Below, piece after piece: positions 9,636 through 20,100 of a DNA stretch of 64,000 nt; the stretch's first letter is position 1, and every line of letters begins with the position of its first letter. The stretch is taken from NCBI GenBank assembly GCA_910584635.1, contig CAJUBA010000003.1, positions 10,855 through 74,854 on the forward strand, read 5' to 3'. The notes under the pieces are model-generated. The model made no database searches, had not been told where the DNA came from, and saw only the letters and a list, made by a program, of their open reading frames with translations. Made by a program: the position numbers and the translations under genes. Source of the stretch: an uncultured Christensenella sp. (lineage in GTDB: Bacteria; Bacillota; Clostridia; Christensenellales; UBA3700).

Positions 9636-10526
9636 TTATTTTTTACTATTACGATATTCTTTTGCGGAAATACAATATTGTTCTTTGAATTTACGGCAGA
9701 AATAGCCGACGTTATCAAAGCCCGTTTCCGTTGCTATGCTTGCAATAGTTCTATCAGTTGATAAAAGTAATTCGGCGGCGCGGGCAAGTCTGTATTGAAT
9801 TAGATAAGAAAAAGGCGACATATTTATGCCTTTTCGGAAGATTTGTAATGCGCTGTTTTTACTGATGTAAACGGCGGCGGCAATATCGTCTAATTTAATA
9901 TTTTCGCTGTAATGCGTATGAATATATTGCATCATAATTTGAAGTCGAGAGCAGTGTTGCATTTCTCGGCTTTTCGCTTGTGTTTTTGATGTTATTTCAA
10001 TGTTATCGTAAAATATATTCCATAGTTCAAACAGTTTCTTAACGGTTTCAAATTCATTAAAATTGTTTTGACTTTGCAACTCAAATATGCTTAATAATAT
10101 ATTTAAGACAATGCTTTGCCACTTGATATTCGGATTTAAGATTTGAAATGATATGCCAAAATCAATAATCGGTTTTATGTACTTTGTAAATATGCGTCCT
10201 TGCGTTTCGCCAAATAAATTGGGCGAAAATACGATGTTAGGAAATATATTGTTATCTGTTGCCTCATAACGGTGTAAAACGCCGCTATTGACAAATAAGC
10301 CGTAACCCTTCGATAAATCTAACTTTTCAGTTCCGACATAACAAGTAACCGAGCCTTCCCGAACATAAATAAATTCAAATTCGGGGTGCCAATGCCAAGC
10401 AATACAATGAAAATCAAATTCCCATACGTTTTCCAAATAGTAGTGAAACGGGAAATCGGGGTTGTCATTCGGCAGTTTTTCACGGTACGACTCGTCGGTT
10501 ATCGTTTTTAATTGTTGTTTTTCCAT
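9636..10526 (-). CDS. AraC family transcriptional regulator with an N-terminal cupin domain
   Basis: WHWHPEFEFIYVREG is cupin-like. The C-terminal ..IAAAVYISKNSALQIFRK..TIASIATETGFDNVGYFCRKFKE is the AraC dual HTH. Confidence 0.85.
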   Translation of the reverse strand: MEKQQLKTITDESYREKLPNDNPDFPFHYYLENVWEFDFHCIAWHWHPEFEFIYVREGSVTCYVGTEKLDLSKGYGLFVNSGVLHRYEATDNNIFPNIVFSPNLFGETQGRIFTKYIKPIIDFGISFQILNPNIKWQSIVLNILLSIFELQSQNNFNEFETVKKLFELWNIFYDNIEITSKTQAKSREMQHCSRLQIMMQYIHTHYSENIKLDDIAAAVYISKNSALQIFRKGINMSPFSYLIQYRLARAAELLLSTDRTIASIATETGFDNVGYFCRKFKEQYCISAKEYRNSKK

Positions 10527-10636
10527 AATGCGCCTTGCCTTTGTGATATTGTACCATAAATGAGTGAAATATTGCAATCATTATCGGCTATATATGTGAT
10601 ATAATATATTTATCAATTTCATTAGGAGATTTATAT

Positions 10637-11227
10637 ATGCAATTTAATTGGTTGAACGAAAGTAAGGTTGAAAAGAAAGGAAACGCAATCGAAATCTACG
10701 CACCCGCTAAAAGCGACTTCTTTTGCGGCGGCAACGTAACAAGCGACGAAGGCACTTTGCCCGCTAATATCTGCAACGCGCCGTATTACTACACGGAAGT
10801 CAGCGGAGATTTTGTCATGCGCGTAAGAGTATCGCTCAAATTTTTAAGCACTTACGATTCTTCTTCCGTTATGGTCATGCAAGATATTAAGAATTGGGCA
10901 AAATTTTGTTTTGAGCAAACGGATTTCGGAACGCACGCCGTTGTCAGCGTAGTAACGCGCGACAATATTTCCGACGACGCAAACGGCTGTAATATCGAAA
11001 CCGATAAAGTTTGGTTGCAGATTTGCAGACGCGACAACGCTTTTGCGTTCCATTATTCGGTGGACGGTGTAAACTTCTATATGACGAGATTTTTCATTCT
11101 CGACTTTGGAAATACGGTCAAAGTGGGGCTTGTTGCGCAATCGCCTACGGGTAACGGCGGTATAAGAATTTATGAAGATTTGACGATTGAAAGCAAGACG
11201 GTCAAAAATATTCGCGCAGGTAAATAA
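10637..11227 (+). CDS. DUF1349 family protein (concanavalin-like fold)
   Basis: MQFNWLNES..APAKSDFF..YYYTEVSGDFVMRVRV..VMVMQD..WAKFCFE matches my memory of the DUF1349 pattern. Confidence 0.6.
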   Translation: MQFNWLNESKVEKKGNAIEIYAPAKSDFFCGGNVTSDEGTLPANICNAPYYYTEVSGDFVMRVRVSLKFLSTYDSSSVMVMQDIKNWAKFCFEQTDFGTHAVVSVVTRDNISDDANGCNIETDKVWLQICRRDNAFAFHYSVDGVNFYMTRFFILDFGNTVKVGLVAQSPTGNGGIRIYEDLTIESKTVKNIRAGK

Positions 11228-11238
11228 GGAAAAAGATT

Positions 11239-11814
11239 ATGACAGAATGGGAAAAAATGCTCGCGGGTATTCCTTGCGACGACAGAGATCGGCAACTCGA
11301 ACAACGCAGACTTATTGCAAAAAAACTTTTTCGTGAGTATAATCGCACCACCGAAGAAGATATGCCTAAACGAAAAGAGATTATGCAAAAACTTTTTCGT
11401 AGCGTTGGCGAAAACGTATTTATCGAACCCGACTTTATATGTGAGTTCGGCAATAATATTAAAATCGGGAACGACGTATTTATAAATTTCGGCTGCATAA
11501 TCTTTGATTGCGGCGAAGTAACGATAGGCGATAACACCATGTTCGGACCGAGAGCGGGAATTTACACGACAAATCACGCTCTCGACGCGGAAGAACGCGT
11601 TAAAAATATTTGTATATCGAAACCCATCCATATCGGTAAGCGCGTTTGGCTTGGTGCGGACGTAAAGATTATTCAAGGCGTTACTATTGGCGACGATACA
11701 GTTATCGGCGCGGGAAGCGTTGTTACAAGAAGTATTCCGTCGGGTGTAGTCGCAGTAGGAAACCCGTGTAAAGTTATAAGAAAAATTACCGAAAAAGACA
11801 AATTGATAAAATGA
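11239..11814 (+). CDS. maa: Maltose/galactoside O-acetyltransferase (hexapeptide-repeat, Maa/LacA type)
   Basis: N-terminal MTEWEKMLAG..CDDRDRQLEQRRLIAKKLFREYN and hexapeptide turns ..IGDNTMFGP..IGKRVWLGADVKIIQGVTIGDDTVIGAGSVV. Confidence 0.85.
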   Translation: MTEWEKMLAGIPCDDRDRQLEQRRLIAKKLFREYNRTTEEDMPKRKEIMQKLFRSVGENVFIEPDFICEFGNNIKIGNDVFINFGCIIFDCGEVTIGDNTMFGPRAGIYTTNHALDAEERVKNICISKPIHIGKRVWLGADVKIIQGVTIGDDTVIGAGSVVTRSIPSGVVAVGNPCKVIRKITEKDKLIK

Positions 11815-11969
11815 CTTATTATGTTGTATGCCCCGAATGCGGGTATAAATTACTAAAAGCGGGCGACGGCTCAACAATAGAAATATATTGCCCGAAATGC
11901 AAGGGCAAAATGCTAATCGCCGTAAAAGACGGCTATTACCTTATTGGCACTGCGTCGCACGGAACATAA
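11811..11969 (+). CDS. 52-aa zinc-ribbon protein (cysteine-rich KTR-like)
   Basis: Below the ORF-track size cutoff. ATGA overlap with the maa stop. Translates to MTYYVVCPECGYKLLKAGDGSTIEIYCPKCKGKMLIAVKDGYYLIGTASHGT, with two CPxC(G/K) knuckles. Confidence 0.5.
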   Translation: MTYYVVCPECGYKLLKAGDGSTIEIYCPKCKGKMLIAVKDGYYLIGTASHGT

Positions 11970-12085
11970 ACGGCAATGAGTGCGGGTGGCGACAGCCGCC
12001 CGCACTGTGGCGTATAGTATTACCTTTACGCCACCCCGTAACGTGTAACATAATTTAAGGCATTTAATGTAAAATCGGCTATTAT

Positions 12086-12791
12086 TCAATAAAAAATGAC
12101 AAAATTCCATTTATGCCTTGTTGTACCATTTAGGGTGGGTATGGGTGGGAGTAAATAGCCGTCAATACTCGGAGCGATAGAATTTTCGTATCCGATATTT
12201 TGATATACGCGAATATAATCGACGTACATAGACGCTTCGCTATCGTGAGTAAACTGTCCTATTTTCTGACCGTGCGGTCCGTAACCGTCGCCCGCGTCGA
12301 TTTCGTTGGTAAATCGCAAAAATTCGGGAGTTAAGTCTAAACGCCGATTCGTACACGTCTATATCCGTGCCGTCTTCGCCGTCAAAACCTATTTCTCTCA
12401 TTTCATTACCTTGCAACCAAAAAGCAGACCACATACCGTCTTTGTCGGGGAATTTGATGCTAGTTTCATAATAGCCGAACGCTTGCGCCCATAAAATGTT
12501 GCTGGCGTATTCCCTTTTACCGTCTTTTTCTCCGCTGACGACTTCGGCGCGGGTTTCGAATCCTCCGGTAAAACGTCCGCTAGTATGTCCGTATTTGCGA
12601 CACGTTTCGCAATCGTGGTCTTCGTCGTAATACGCTCTGACTCTAACTTTTTCCTCCTCGACGCTTACCGCTTTACTGCACCAGTAATTTGCATATTCGG
12701 GGTGGCTTTTGGACTGACTTTCCCATCTTAAATCGTGTCTTGACGTCGTCCATATTTCGGGGTCAAGTCCGCTTTCGCTTTGATATTTCAC
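12086..12791 (-). pseudogene. GH16-like beta-glucanase pseudogene (frameshift; degraded 5' part extends to about 12960)
   Basis: ORF 12240-12791 has ..MWSAFWLQGNE..GTDIDVYES (the ExDxxE-type GH16 site, here DIDVYE). The fold continues in another frame in 12086-12319 (..SMYVDYIRVYQ). There is no signal peptide or N-terminus, and upstream stops are seen when reading 12792-12960. Confidence 0.6.
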
Positions 12792-12980
12792 GTCGAAATT
12801 ATCTATTAAGGTAGCGTACCATCCTTCGGCGTTTGTTTGTTTTTCTCCGCCTTGATAGCGATACGTACCTGTATCTATATCCGCTATATCATAAAATCAT
12901 CTACTTTCAAACGGGTAATATCTACTTCGTCCGCAGTCTTTCCAATTCAATAGTCAAATATTTGTATTATGTTGTAATCG

Positions 12981-13430
12981 CTAATTCAAAAACTTTATCA
13001 AAGCGTCGCAACCAACTTTAATATCTTCGTAAGTCTTGTCGAAATCGCCCGTATACCACGGGTCGGCAACGTCTCTTTTCGACCCTGCAAATTCAAGCAT
13101 AGTATGAATTTTCTTTTGTTCGTCGCCGCCGAAAATTCTTAGCATATTCACTATATTGTAAGAATCCATTCCTATAAACATATCGTAATTGCCGTAATCG
13201 TCCGCGCGAAGTTTGATTGACCTTTTTCCTTCGCAACTTATACCGACTTGAGCAAGTTTTTCACGCGTGCCTCTATGAACGGGATTGCCTATCTCTTCCG
13301 CGCTTGTGGCGCTGGATGCGATAAAAAATTCTTTTTCTCTGCCTTGCCTTTTGACAATATCTTTTAATACGAATTCCGCCATAGGCGAACGGCATATATT
13401 GCCGTGGCACACAAACATTATTTTATACAT
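12981..13430 (-). CDS. Low-molecular-weight protein-tyrosine phosphatase
   Basis: MFVCHGNICRSPMAEF is the CX5R(S) P-loop at the N-terminus; DPWYTGDF is the Asp loop. Confidence 0.88.
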   Translation of the reverse strand: MYKIMFVCHGNICRSPMAEFVLKDIVKRQGREKEFFIASSATSAEEIGNPVHRGTREKLAQVGISCEGKRSIKLRADDYGNYDMFIGMDSYNIVNMLRIFGGDEQKKIHTMLEFAGSKRDVADPWYTGDFDKTYEDIKVGCDALIKFLN

Positions 13431-13439
13431 TCTACCCTC

Positions 13440-14174
13440 TCAATATTCGACTTTATAAAGATAAAGTCCGCACGGTTCCAAAGTTTTTCCCGTTCCTACG
13501 TGTTTTTTAGAATTTATTAACTGCGGTATGGAATCCGCGTCTATTCTTCCTCTTCCAACGTCAATAAGCGTTCCCGCTATAATACGCACCATATTGTGCA
13601 GAAAGCCGTTTCCGCTGATAATGATTTTGAGTTCGTCGTTATCCTGTTCTATTTCCAAAGAATAAATCTCTCGGACTGTATTTTGTTTTTCTTCGTCTGC
13701 AAGCATAAACGCTCTGAAATCGTGTTCTCCGATAAAATATTTGCAAGCGCGCTTCATCTTATCGATATCGAGATCGTAAAAACAAATATGGCAGTATTTC
13801 CTCTTCAACGGAGAGTGAATTTTGCAAAGGCAGATTTTGTACATATAAGTCTTTTTCTTAGCGTCAAACCTAGCGTGAAAATTATCGTCTACCTTTTCGC
13901 AGGAAGTAATTGCTATGTCTTTTGGAAGCAAGGGATTCATACTGTAACCGAAAGAAGACGTATCAAAAGTTTTGTCGGTATCGAAATGTATTACCTGCGC
14001 TATTGCGTGAACGCCCGCGTCTGTACGTCCGCTTGCATGAATTGTTATTTCTTGCTGAAAACGCATAGAAAGCGCTTCTTCGAGTTTACTTTGAACAGTA
14101 GACAAGCCTTTCTGTCTTTGGAATCCGTAATACGCTTCCCCGTCATAGCAAACCGTCAACTTATATCTTGCCAT
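13440..14174 (-). CDS. truA: tRNA pseudouridine(38-40) synthase TruA
   Basis: ..YDGEAYYGFQRQ..ITIHASGRTDAGVHA (catalytic Asp motif)..GFLHNMVRIIAG. It sits directly after ecfT, as in many Firmicutes. Confidence 0.9.
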   Translation of the reverse strand: MARYKLTVCYDGEAYYGFQRQKGLSTVQSKLEEALSMRFQQEITIHASGRTDAGVHAIAQVIHFDTDKTFDTSSFGYSMNPLLPKDIAITSCEKVDDNFHARFDAKKKTYMYKICLCKIHSPLKRKYCHICFYDLDIDKMKRACKYFIGEHDFRAFMLADEEKQNTVREIYSLEIEQDNDELKIIISGNGFLHNMVRIIAGTLIDVGRGRIDADSIPQLINSKKHVGTGKTLEPCGLYLYKVEY

Positions 14175-15076
14175 TATCTACCTATTTTATTGAAAATATT
14201 ATAAATGAAAATATCCAGACCTTGAACTTCGAAACCGTTCAAATCAGGCGGCGTAACGAAAGTACCCACATAATATTTATCAAGCAAAATCGCCGTCATA
14301 ACCGCGGCAAAACCTACGAACATTACTATATCGCTCGCTTTGATTTTGAACACTTTCATTTTTGTACGCGTAGTTGATGCGTTGTAACATCTAGCGTCCA
14401 AAGCGTCGGCAAGTTCGTCCGCTCTTCTGAAAGCGCTGACAACCAAAGGTATAAGCACGGGCAACATCGCCTTAATTTTTTTGAAAAGATTTCCGCTGTC
14501 AAGATTTGCTCCTCTTGCCTTTTGCGCCATCATTATCTTATCCGTTTCTTCGACAAGTCCCGGAATAAACCTTAATGCAATAGACATTATTATCGCAAGA
14601 TCGTGTACGGGTATTTTAATGAGTTTGAGCGGTTTGAGCAAATACTCGAGCGCGTCGGTAAGTTCCGTAGGCGTAGTAGTCAGCGTCAGTACGGAAGAAC
14701 CCAATACCAACAGCGTAAATCTAAGCGCCATTTTTATTGCAAAATTTATTCCCTGATCGGTTATGTTAATAACGAGTTGTCCCATTTTTATGGGAATAAG
14801 AACGTTGCCGGACGAAGTAAAAAAGATATTTATCAGCGCGGTGAAAATCAAAAGGAAAAGTATGCCTTTTATCGTCTTCAACACTATTTTATACGGCACG
14901 TGAGAAATGGCGATTACAAGCGCAAGCAAGAAAAACATAAAAACAAAAGCCGTATACGACACGATAAAAAATACCGTAACCATAAAGAGCAACGTAACCA
15001 GAATTTTTATTCTGGCGTCAATGCTGTGAATAAAAGAACTCACCGGATAATACTGACCGAAAGAAATATCTCTCAT
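14174..15076 (-). CDS. ecfT: Energy-coupling factor transporter transmembrane component EcfT
   Basis: Polytopic membrane protein with ..ALRFIP..ETDKIMMAQKARG (the Ala-Arg-Gly coupling motifs of EcfT). It follows two ECF ATPase genes. Confidence 0.88.
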   Translation of the reverse strand: MRDISFGQYYPVSSFIHSIDARIKILVTLLFMVTVFFIVSYTAFVFMFFLLALVIAISHVPYKIVLKTIKGILFLLIFTALINIFFTSSGNVLIPIKMGQLVINITDQGINFAIKMALRFTLLVLGSSVLTLTTTPTELTDALEYLLKPLKLIKIPVHDLAIIMSIALRFIPGLVEETDKIMMAQKARGANLDSGNLFKKIKAMLPVLIPLVVSAFRRADELADALDARCYNASTTRTKMKVFKIKASDIVMFVGFAAVMTAILLDKYYVGTFVTPPDLNGFEVQGLDIFIYNIFNKIGR

Positions 15077-16140
15077 TCTTTGCCCTTCTTACTCCTTTTC
15101 TGTTTTTTATCGTTCGCTTTCGACTTAATCTTCGACTTCGAAGATTTAACGGTAATTTCCTCGTCTTCCGAGACAGCGGAATTGCCTTCCAAAGCCGCTC
15201 TTTCTTCCGAGGTAAGCCATTTTTGCGAAAAATCGTACATATCGAATACGCAGGCGTTTTTATCTATCTGCGTAGCGTGTTTTTCATTATATCTTTCTAC
15301 TATCGCCGCCATAAGATCCTCGGCGGTTACAATCCCTTCTCCAAGGTCTATTCCTCTATCCCTCATTGCGTTCGCTATCTTGACGGCTTTGGGAATATCC
15401 AATCCCATATTCTGCAACTGTATAGAGTGCTTGAACAACTGTTGCATAGGTTCGTCGTAGACAATACGCGAATCGTTGAAAACTACTATTCTGTTGGCAA
15501 ATCTTGTAATTTCGTCTATATCGTGAGAAATGACCACTATAGTAGGCGAACAGTGCGTTTTCAAATACTTTATGAGATTGAGTATCTGCTCCTTGCCAAA
15601 CGGATCCAGACCTGCCGTCGGCTCGTCCAATATAAGCATCTTGGGACGCATAGCGATAATTCCCGCAATCGCCACTCTTCTCTTTTGACCTCCCGAAAGT
15701 TCGAAAGGCGCTCTGTCCTTTACCGCTTCGTAATCCAGTCCTACCATCTCAATCGCTTCTTTTACCCTCGCGGACACTTCTTCTGCGCTTAGCCCGAGAT
15801 TTTTCGGTCCGAAAGCCACGTCCTTTTCCACGGTATCGGCGAAAAGTTGATACTCGGGATATTGGAAGACCATGCCTACTTGGCTCCTTAAAGCGCGAAG
15901 ATTGACTTTGGGACGCTTTTGCGGAGTAAGTTTTATATCGAAAATCTCTATCTCGCCTTCCTGAGGTTTGATAAGACCGTTTATATGCTGAATAAACGTG
16001 GATTTTCCGCTTCCGGTATGTCCGATAATACCGAGAAAATCTCCCTCGTTTATCTGTAAATTTATATTGTTAAGCGCTTTCTTTTCATAAGGCGTCTTCG
16101 CGCTGTAAGTAAAAGAGAGTTTTTTTACAACAATCGGCAT
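15073..16140 (-). CDS. ecfA2: ECF transporter ATPase EcfA2 with a ~65-aa Lys/Ser/Glu-rich C-terminal extension
   Basis: Walker A GHTGSGKST, signature LSGGQKRR, Walker B LILDEPTAGLD. The tail is ..EGNSAVSEDEEITVKSSKSKIKSKANDKKQKRSKKGKE. Confidence 0.88.
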   Translation of the reverse strand: MPIVVKKLSFTYSAKTPYEKKALNNINLQINEGDFLGIIGHTGSGKSTFIQHINGLIKPQEGEIEIFDIKLTPQKRPKVNLRALRSQVGMVFQYPEYQLFADTVEKDVAFGPKNLGLSAEEVSARVKEAIEMVGLDYEAVKDRAPFELSGGQKRRVAIAGIIAMRPKMLILDEPTAGLDPFGKEQILNLIKYLKTHCSPTIVVISHDIDEITRFANRIVVFNDSRIVYDEPMQQLFKHSIQLQNMGLDIPKAVKIANAMRDRGIDLGEGIVTAEDLMAAIVERYNEKHATQIDKNACVFDMYDFSQKWLTSEERAALEGNSAVSEDEEITVKSSKSKIKSKANDKKQKRSKKGKE

Positions 16141-16958
16141 AATCTGTCAGTCAACTCCTCGTCTTTTACTATTCCTTCGCCTATATCTATCCCCGCTCTT
16201 TTGAGAGAAATCGCAAGTTGAGTTTCCCACGGCACGGCAAGTTTGACGGCTTTGAGTTCCTCGTAATGCTTAAACACTTCTTCGGGTTCGTCGTCAAAAA
16301 CTATCTTGCCCGAATCCATAACCACAAGCCTGTCCGCATTCAGCGCTTCATCCATAAAATGCGTGATATGTATTACCGTTATCCCTTCTTGGCGGTTTAA
16401 TTCGTGCGCTACTTTAAGCACTTCGCTTCTGCCTTTGGGGTCAAGCATAGCCGTAGACTCGTCGAGTACCAGTATCTTGGGAAGTATGGCAAGCACTCCC
16501 GCAATGGCAAGACGCTGTTTCTGTCCTCCGCTCATTTTGAAGGGAGTACGCTTTCTGTATTCGAGCATGCCTACTTTGGACAGCGCCCATTCCACTCGCC
16601 TTATAATCTCCTGTCTTTCTATTCCCAGATTTTCCGGTCCGAAAGCAATATCGTCTTCAACTATCGAGGCTATCATCTGATTGTCGGGATTTTGAAAAAC
16701 CATTCCCACGCTTTTACGTATATCGTAAATTTTATCGGGATCGAGTGTGGAATTTCCGAAAATCTTTACGTCCCCGCTTGTTGGCAAAAGCAATCCGTTG
16801 AGCAGTTTTGCAAGCGTGCTTTTACCGCTTCCGTTGTGTCCGACCAACGCGACAAACGTCCCCTCTTCAATATGAAGAGATATATCTTTTATCGCGTCGA
16901 CGCGATAAGCGTCGCTTACGTTGTACGAATACGTTACACGGTCCAACAAAACTGCCAT
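16125..16958 (-). CDS. ecfA1: ECF transporter ATPase EcfA1
   Basis: Walker A GHNGSGKST, signature MSGGQKQR, Walker B LVLDESTAMLD. Start moved to the ATG at 16958 (MAVLLDRV), because the track start at 17018 is a TTG inside the promoter. Confidence 0.85.
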   Translation of the reverse strand: MAVLLDRVTYSYNVSDAYRVDAIKDISLHIEEGTFVALVGHNGSGKSTLAKLLNGLLLPTSGDVKIFGNSTLDPDKIYDIRKSVGMVFQNPDNQMIASIVEDDIAFGPENLGIERQEIIRRVEWALSKVGMLEYRKRTPFKMSGGQKQRLAIAGVLAILPKILVLDESTAMLDPKGRSEVLKVAHELNRQEGITVIHITHFMDEALNADRLVVMDSGKIVFDDEPEEVFKHYEELKAVKLAVPWETQLAISLKRAGIDIGEGIVKDEELTDRLCRLL

Positions 16959-16989
16959 AATGCGAAAATACCCATGATAATTTTTTTGT

Positions 16990-17018
16990 ATTATACCATA
17001 TAAATTAACAAAAGACAA
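16990..17018 (-). promoter_or_regulatory. Sigma-A promoter TTGTCT-17-TATAAT for the ecfA1-ecfA2-ecfT-truA operon
   Basis: On the minus strand, TTGTCT (17018-17013), 17 nt, TATAAT (16995-16990). Confidence 0.55.
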
Positions 17019-17087
17019 TTATTCTGTCCAATTTATTTAAGCGCGTACGCTATATGCCGCGATAGCAAAAACTTGCGGTAAAATCGA

Positions 17088-17116
17088 TTGACTATATAAA
17101 TATACTATATTATAAT
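17088..17116 (+). promoter_or_regulatory. Sigma-A promoter TTGACT-17-TATAAT for PFOR
   Basis: TTGACT at 17088-17093 and TATAAT at 17111-17116. GGAGG lies before the ATG at 17156. Confidence 0.7.
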
Positions 17117-17155
17117 AATTAAAAAGATAACATTCCTAAACGGAGGTAAAATATA

Positions 17156-20100
17156 ATGAGTAAGAAAATGACTATCGACGGTAATACCGCAGCCGCTCAC
17201 GTCGCGTACGCGTTCAGTGAAGTAGCCGCTATTTACCCAATCACACCTTCCTCTCCCATGGCAGAAAACTGCGACGAATGGGCTACGGCGGGAAGAAAGA
17301 ATATTTTCGGACAGGTACTTAAACTTGCGGAGATGCAATCCGAAGCGGGCGCTGCGGGCGCGGTACACGGCTCTCTTATGGCTGGCGCTTTGACCACGAC
17401 GTTCACCGCAAGCCAAGGATTGCTTTTGATGATTCCTAATATGTACAAAATCGCGGGCGAACTTACGCCTTGCGTATTTCACGTAAGCGCGCGCGCTTTG
17501 GCTTATCACGCGCTCAACATTTTCGGCGATCATTCCGACGTAATGGCTTGCCGTCAGACGGGATTTGCAATGCTCTGCTCCAACTCCGTACAGGAAGTTA
17601 TGGATATGGCGTTGGTATCTCATCTTTCCACGCTCAAAGCGAAAGTTCCGTTCATGCATTTCTTCGACGGATTCAGAACTTCGCACGAAGTATCCAAAAT
17701 CGAAGTTATCGATTACGCCGACATGAAAAATATCGTAGATAAGAAATACGCTTGCTACATAGACGAATTCAAAAAGCGTTCGCTCAATCCCGAGCATCCC
17801 GTTCAGAAAGGCACCGCTCAGAACCCGGATATATACTTCCAAAACCGCGAAGCGTGCAACAAGTACTATCAGGCTGTTCCCGAAATCGTTGCGGAAGCAA
17901 TGGAAGACGTCAAGAATATTACCGGTCGCGAATACAAACCTTATCAGTATTACGGCGCGGCGGACGCTGAATCCGTAATAGTAATAATGGGTAGCGGCGC
18001 GGAAGCGGTAAGCGAAACCGTAGACTATCTCAACGCAAAAGGCGGAAAGTACGGCGTACTCAAAGTAAGACTTTACCGTCCGTTCGCTTGCAATATGTTT
18101 GCAAACGCGCTTCCTAAGAGCGTCAAGAGAGTAGCAGTTCTCGACAGAGTAAAAGAATGCGGTAGCGCAGGCGAACCTCTCTATCTCGACGTAGTAACCG
18201 CGCTCAACGAAACGGGAAGAAAAGACATTGTAGTTACCGGCGGAAGATACGGATTGGGTAGCAAAGAATTTACCCCGTCCATGATCAACGCTATCTATAA
18301 AAACATGGAAAGCGCAAACGCTAAAAACCACTTTACGGTAGGTATTGTAGACGACGTTACCAATACTTCTATCGAAGTAAGCGAAAAAATCGACGCTTCG
18401 GCTAAGGGCGCAATTTCTTGCAAGTTCTTCGGACTAGGTTCCGACGGAACGGTAGGAAGCAATAAAAACTCTATAAAGATAATCGGCGATTACAGCGAAA
18501 AATTCGCTCAGGCGTATTTTGCTTACGACTCCAAAAAGTCGGGCGGCATAACCGTATCTCACCTTAGATTCGGCGACACCCCGATAAGAAGTTCCTATCT
18601 TATAGATCAGGCTGACTTCGTCGCTTGCCACAATCCTTCTTACGTTACCAAATACGATATGATTTCCGACCTCAAGGACGGCGGAGTATTCTTGCTTAAC
18701 TCGCCTTGGAGTTTGGAAGATATGGATAAACACCTTCCCGCGAAAATGAAAAACATGATCGCTAAGAAGAAAATCAAATTCTATAATATCGACGCTATCA
18801 AAGTAGTAAGCGAAATAGGACTCGGCAACCGTATATCTACTACTATGCAGGCTTGTTTCTTCAAACTCGCAAACGTAATAGACTACGCCGAAGCGGATAA
18901 ACACATGAAGGAATTCGTAGTTAAGTCCTTCTCCAAGAAAGGCGAAAAGGTCGTAAACATGAACTTTGCCGCTATCGACAACGCTATCGCAAACTTGCAG
19001 GAAGTTCACTACCCCGAATCTTGGGCGACGACAACCGATGGCGCGGTAGTAAAACCCGTAACCGACGACAAGTATTTCAACGAAATAATCGCTCCGATAC
19101 TTGCGCAGGAAGGCGATAAACTCCCCGTTTCCAAATTCGTGGATTACGCGGACGGCGCAGTACCTACCGCTACGACCAAGTTTGAAAAACGCGGTATCGC
19201 GGTAAAAGTACCGGTATGGATAAAAGAAAACTGTCTGCAATGCAACCAGTGTTCTTTCGTATGTCCTCACGCTTGTATAATCCCCGTCGCTCAAAAAGCC
19301 GACGCGCTCGCAAACGCGCCCAAGACTTTTGACACGGTAAATATGAAGAACCCCAAAGCCAAAGAATATCAATTCAGAGTTCAAGTATCTCCGCTCGACT
19401 GTTCGGGTTGCGGAAACTGCGCGAACATCTGCCCTGCTAAGGAAAAGGCTTTGGTAATGACTCCGCTTGAAGAAGTATTGGCAAAAGGCGAAAGCGACAA
19501 CTGGAACTTTGCCGATTCTTTGGACAACAGCGACGTACCTATCGCTCGCGATACGGTAATCGGAAGCCAGTTCAACCGTTCTCTCTTTGAATTCTCCGGC
19601 GCTTGCGCAGGTTGCGGCGAAACTCCTTATCTCAAAGTAGTTACCCAACTCTACGGCGACAGAATGATAGTAGCAAACGCAACCGGATGTTCTTCTATCT
19701 ACGGCGGTTCCGCTCCGACTTGTCCTTACAGCAAGAATAAGAAAGGCGAAGGTCCGGCTTGGGCAAACAGCCTTTTCGAAGATAATGCTGAATTCGGTTT
19801 CGGTATGCTTACCGCAACAAATCAACGCAGAATCAAACTCATGGAAGATATGGAAGCGGTTATGGCGCTCGGCGTAAGCGAGGATTTGTCTTCTAAGTTC
19901 AACGCTTGGATGGAAACTTACAACGACGCTATCGCCAACAAACCGGCTTGCGACGCTATCAAAGCGGTAATTGCCGACGCTGCAAACAAAGAAAGCGACG
20001 CGCAAAAGAAAGAGTTGCTTGAAAACATCTCCAAAAACGCAGATTGTCTTGTAAAGAAATCCGTATGGGCGTTCGGCGGCGACGGTTGGGCTTACGACAT

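Noticed and set aside
11170-11877. 235-aa minus-strand ORF across the maa region
   Set aside because: It is antisense to the hexapeptide acetyltransferase gene, which has clear family motifs. It has no motifs of its own.
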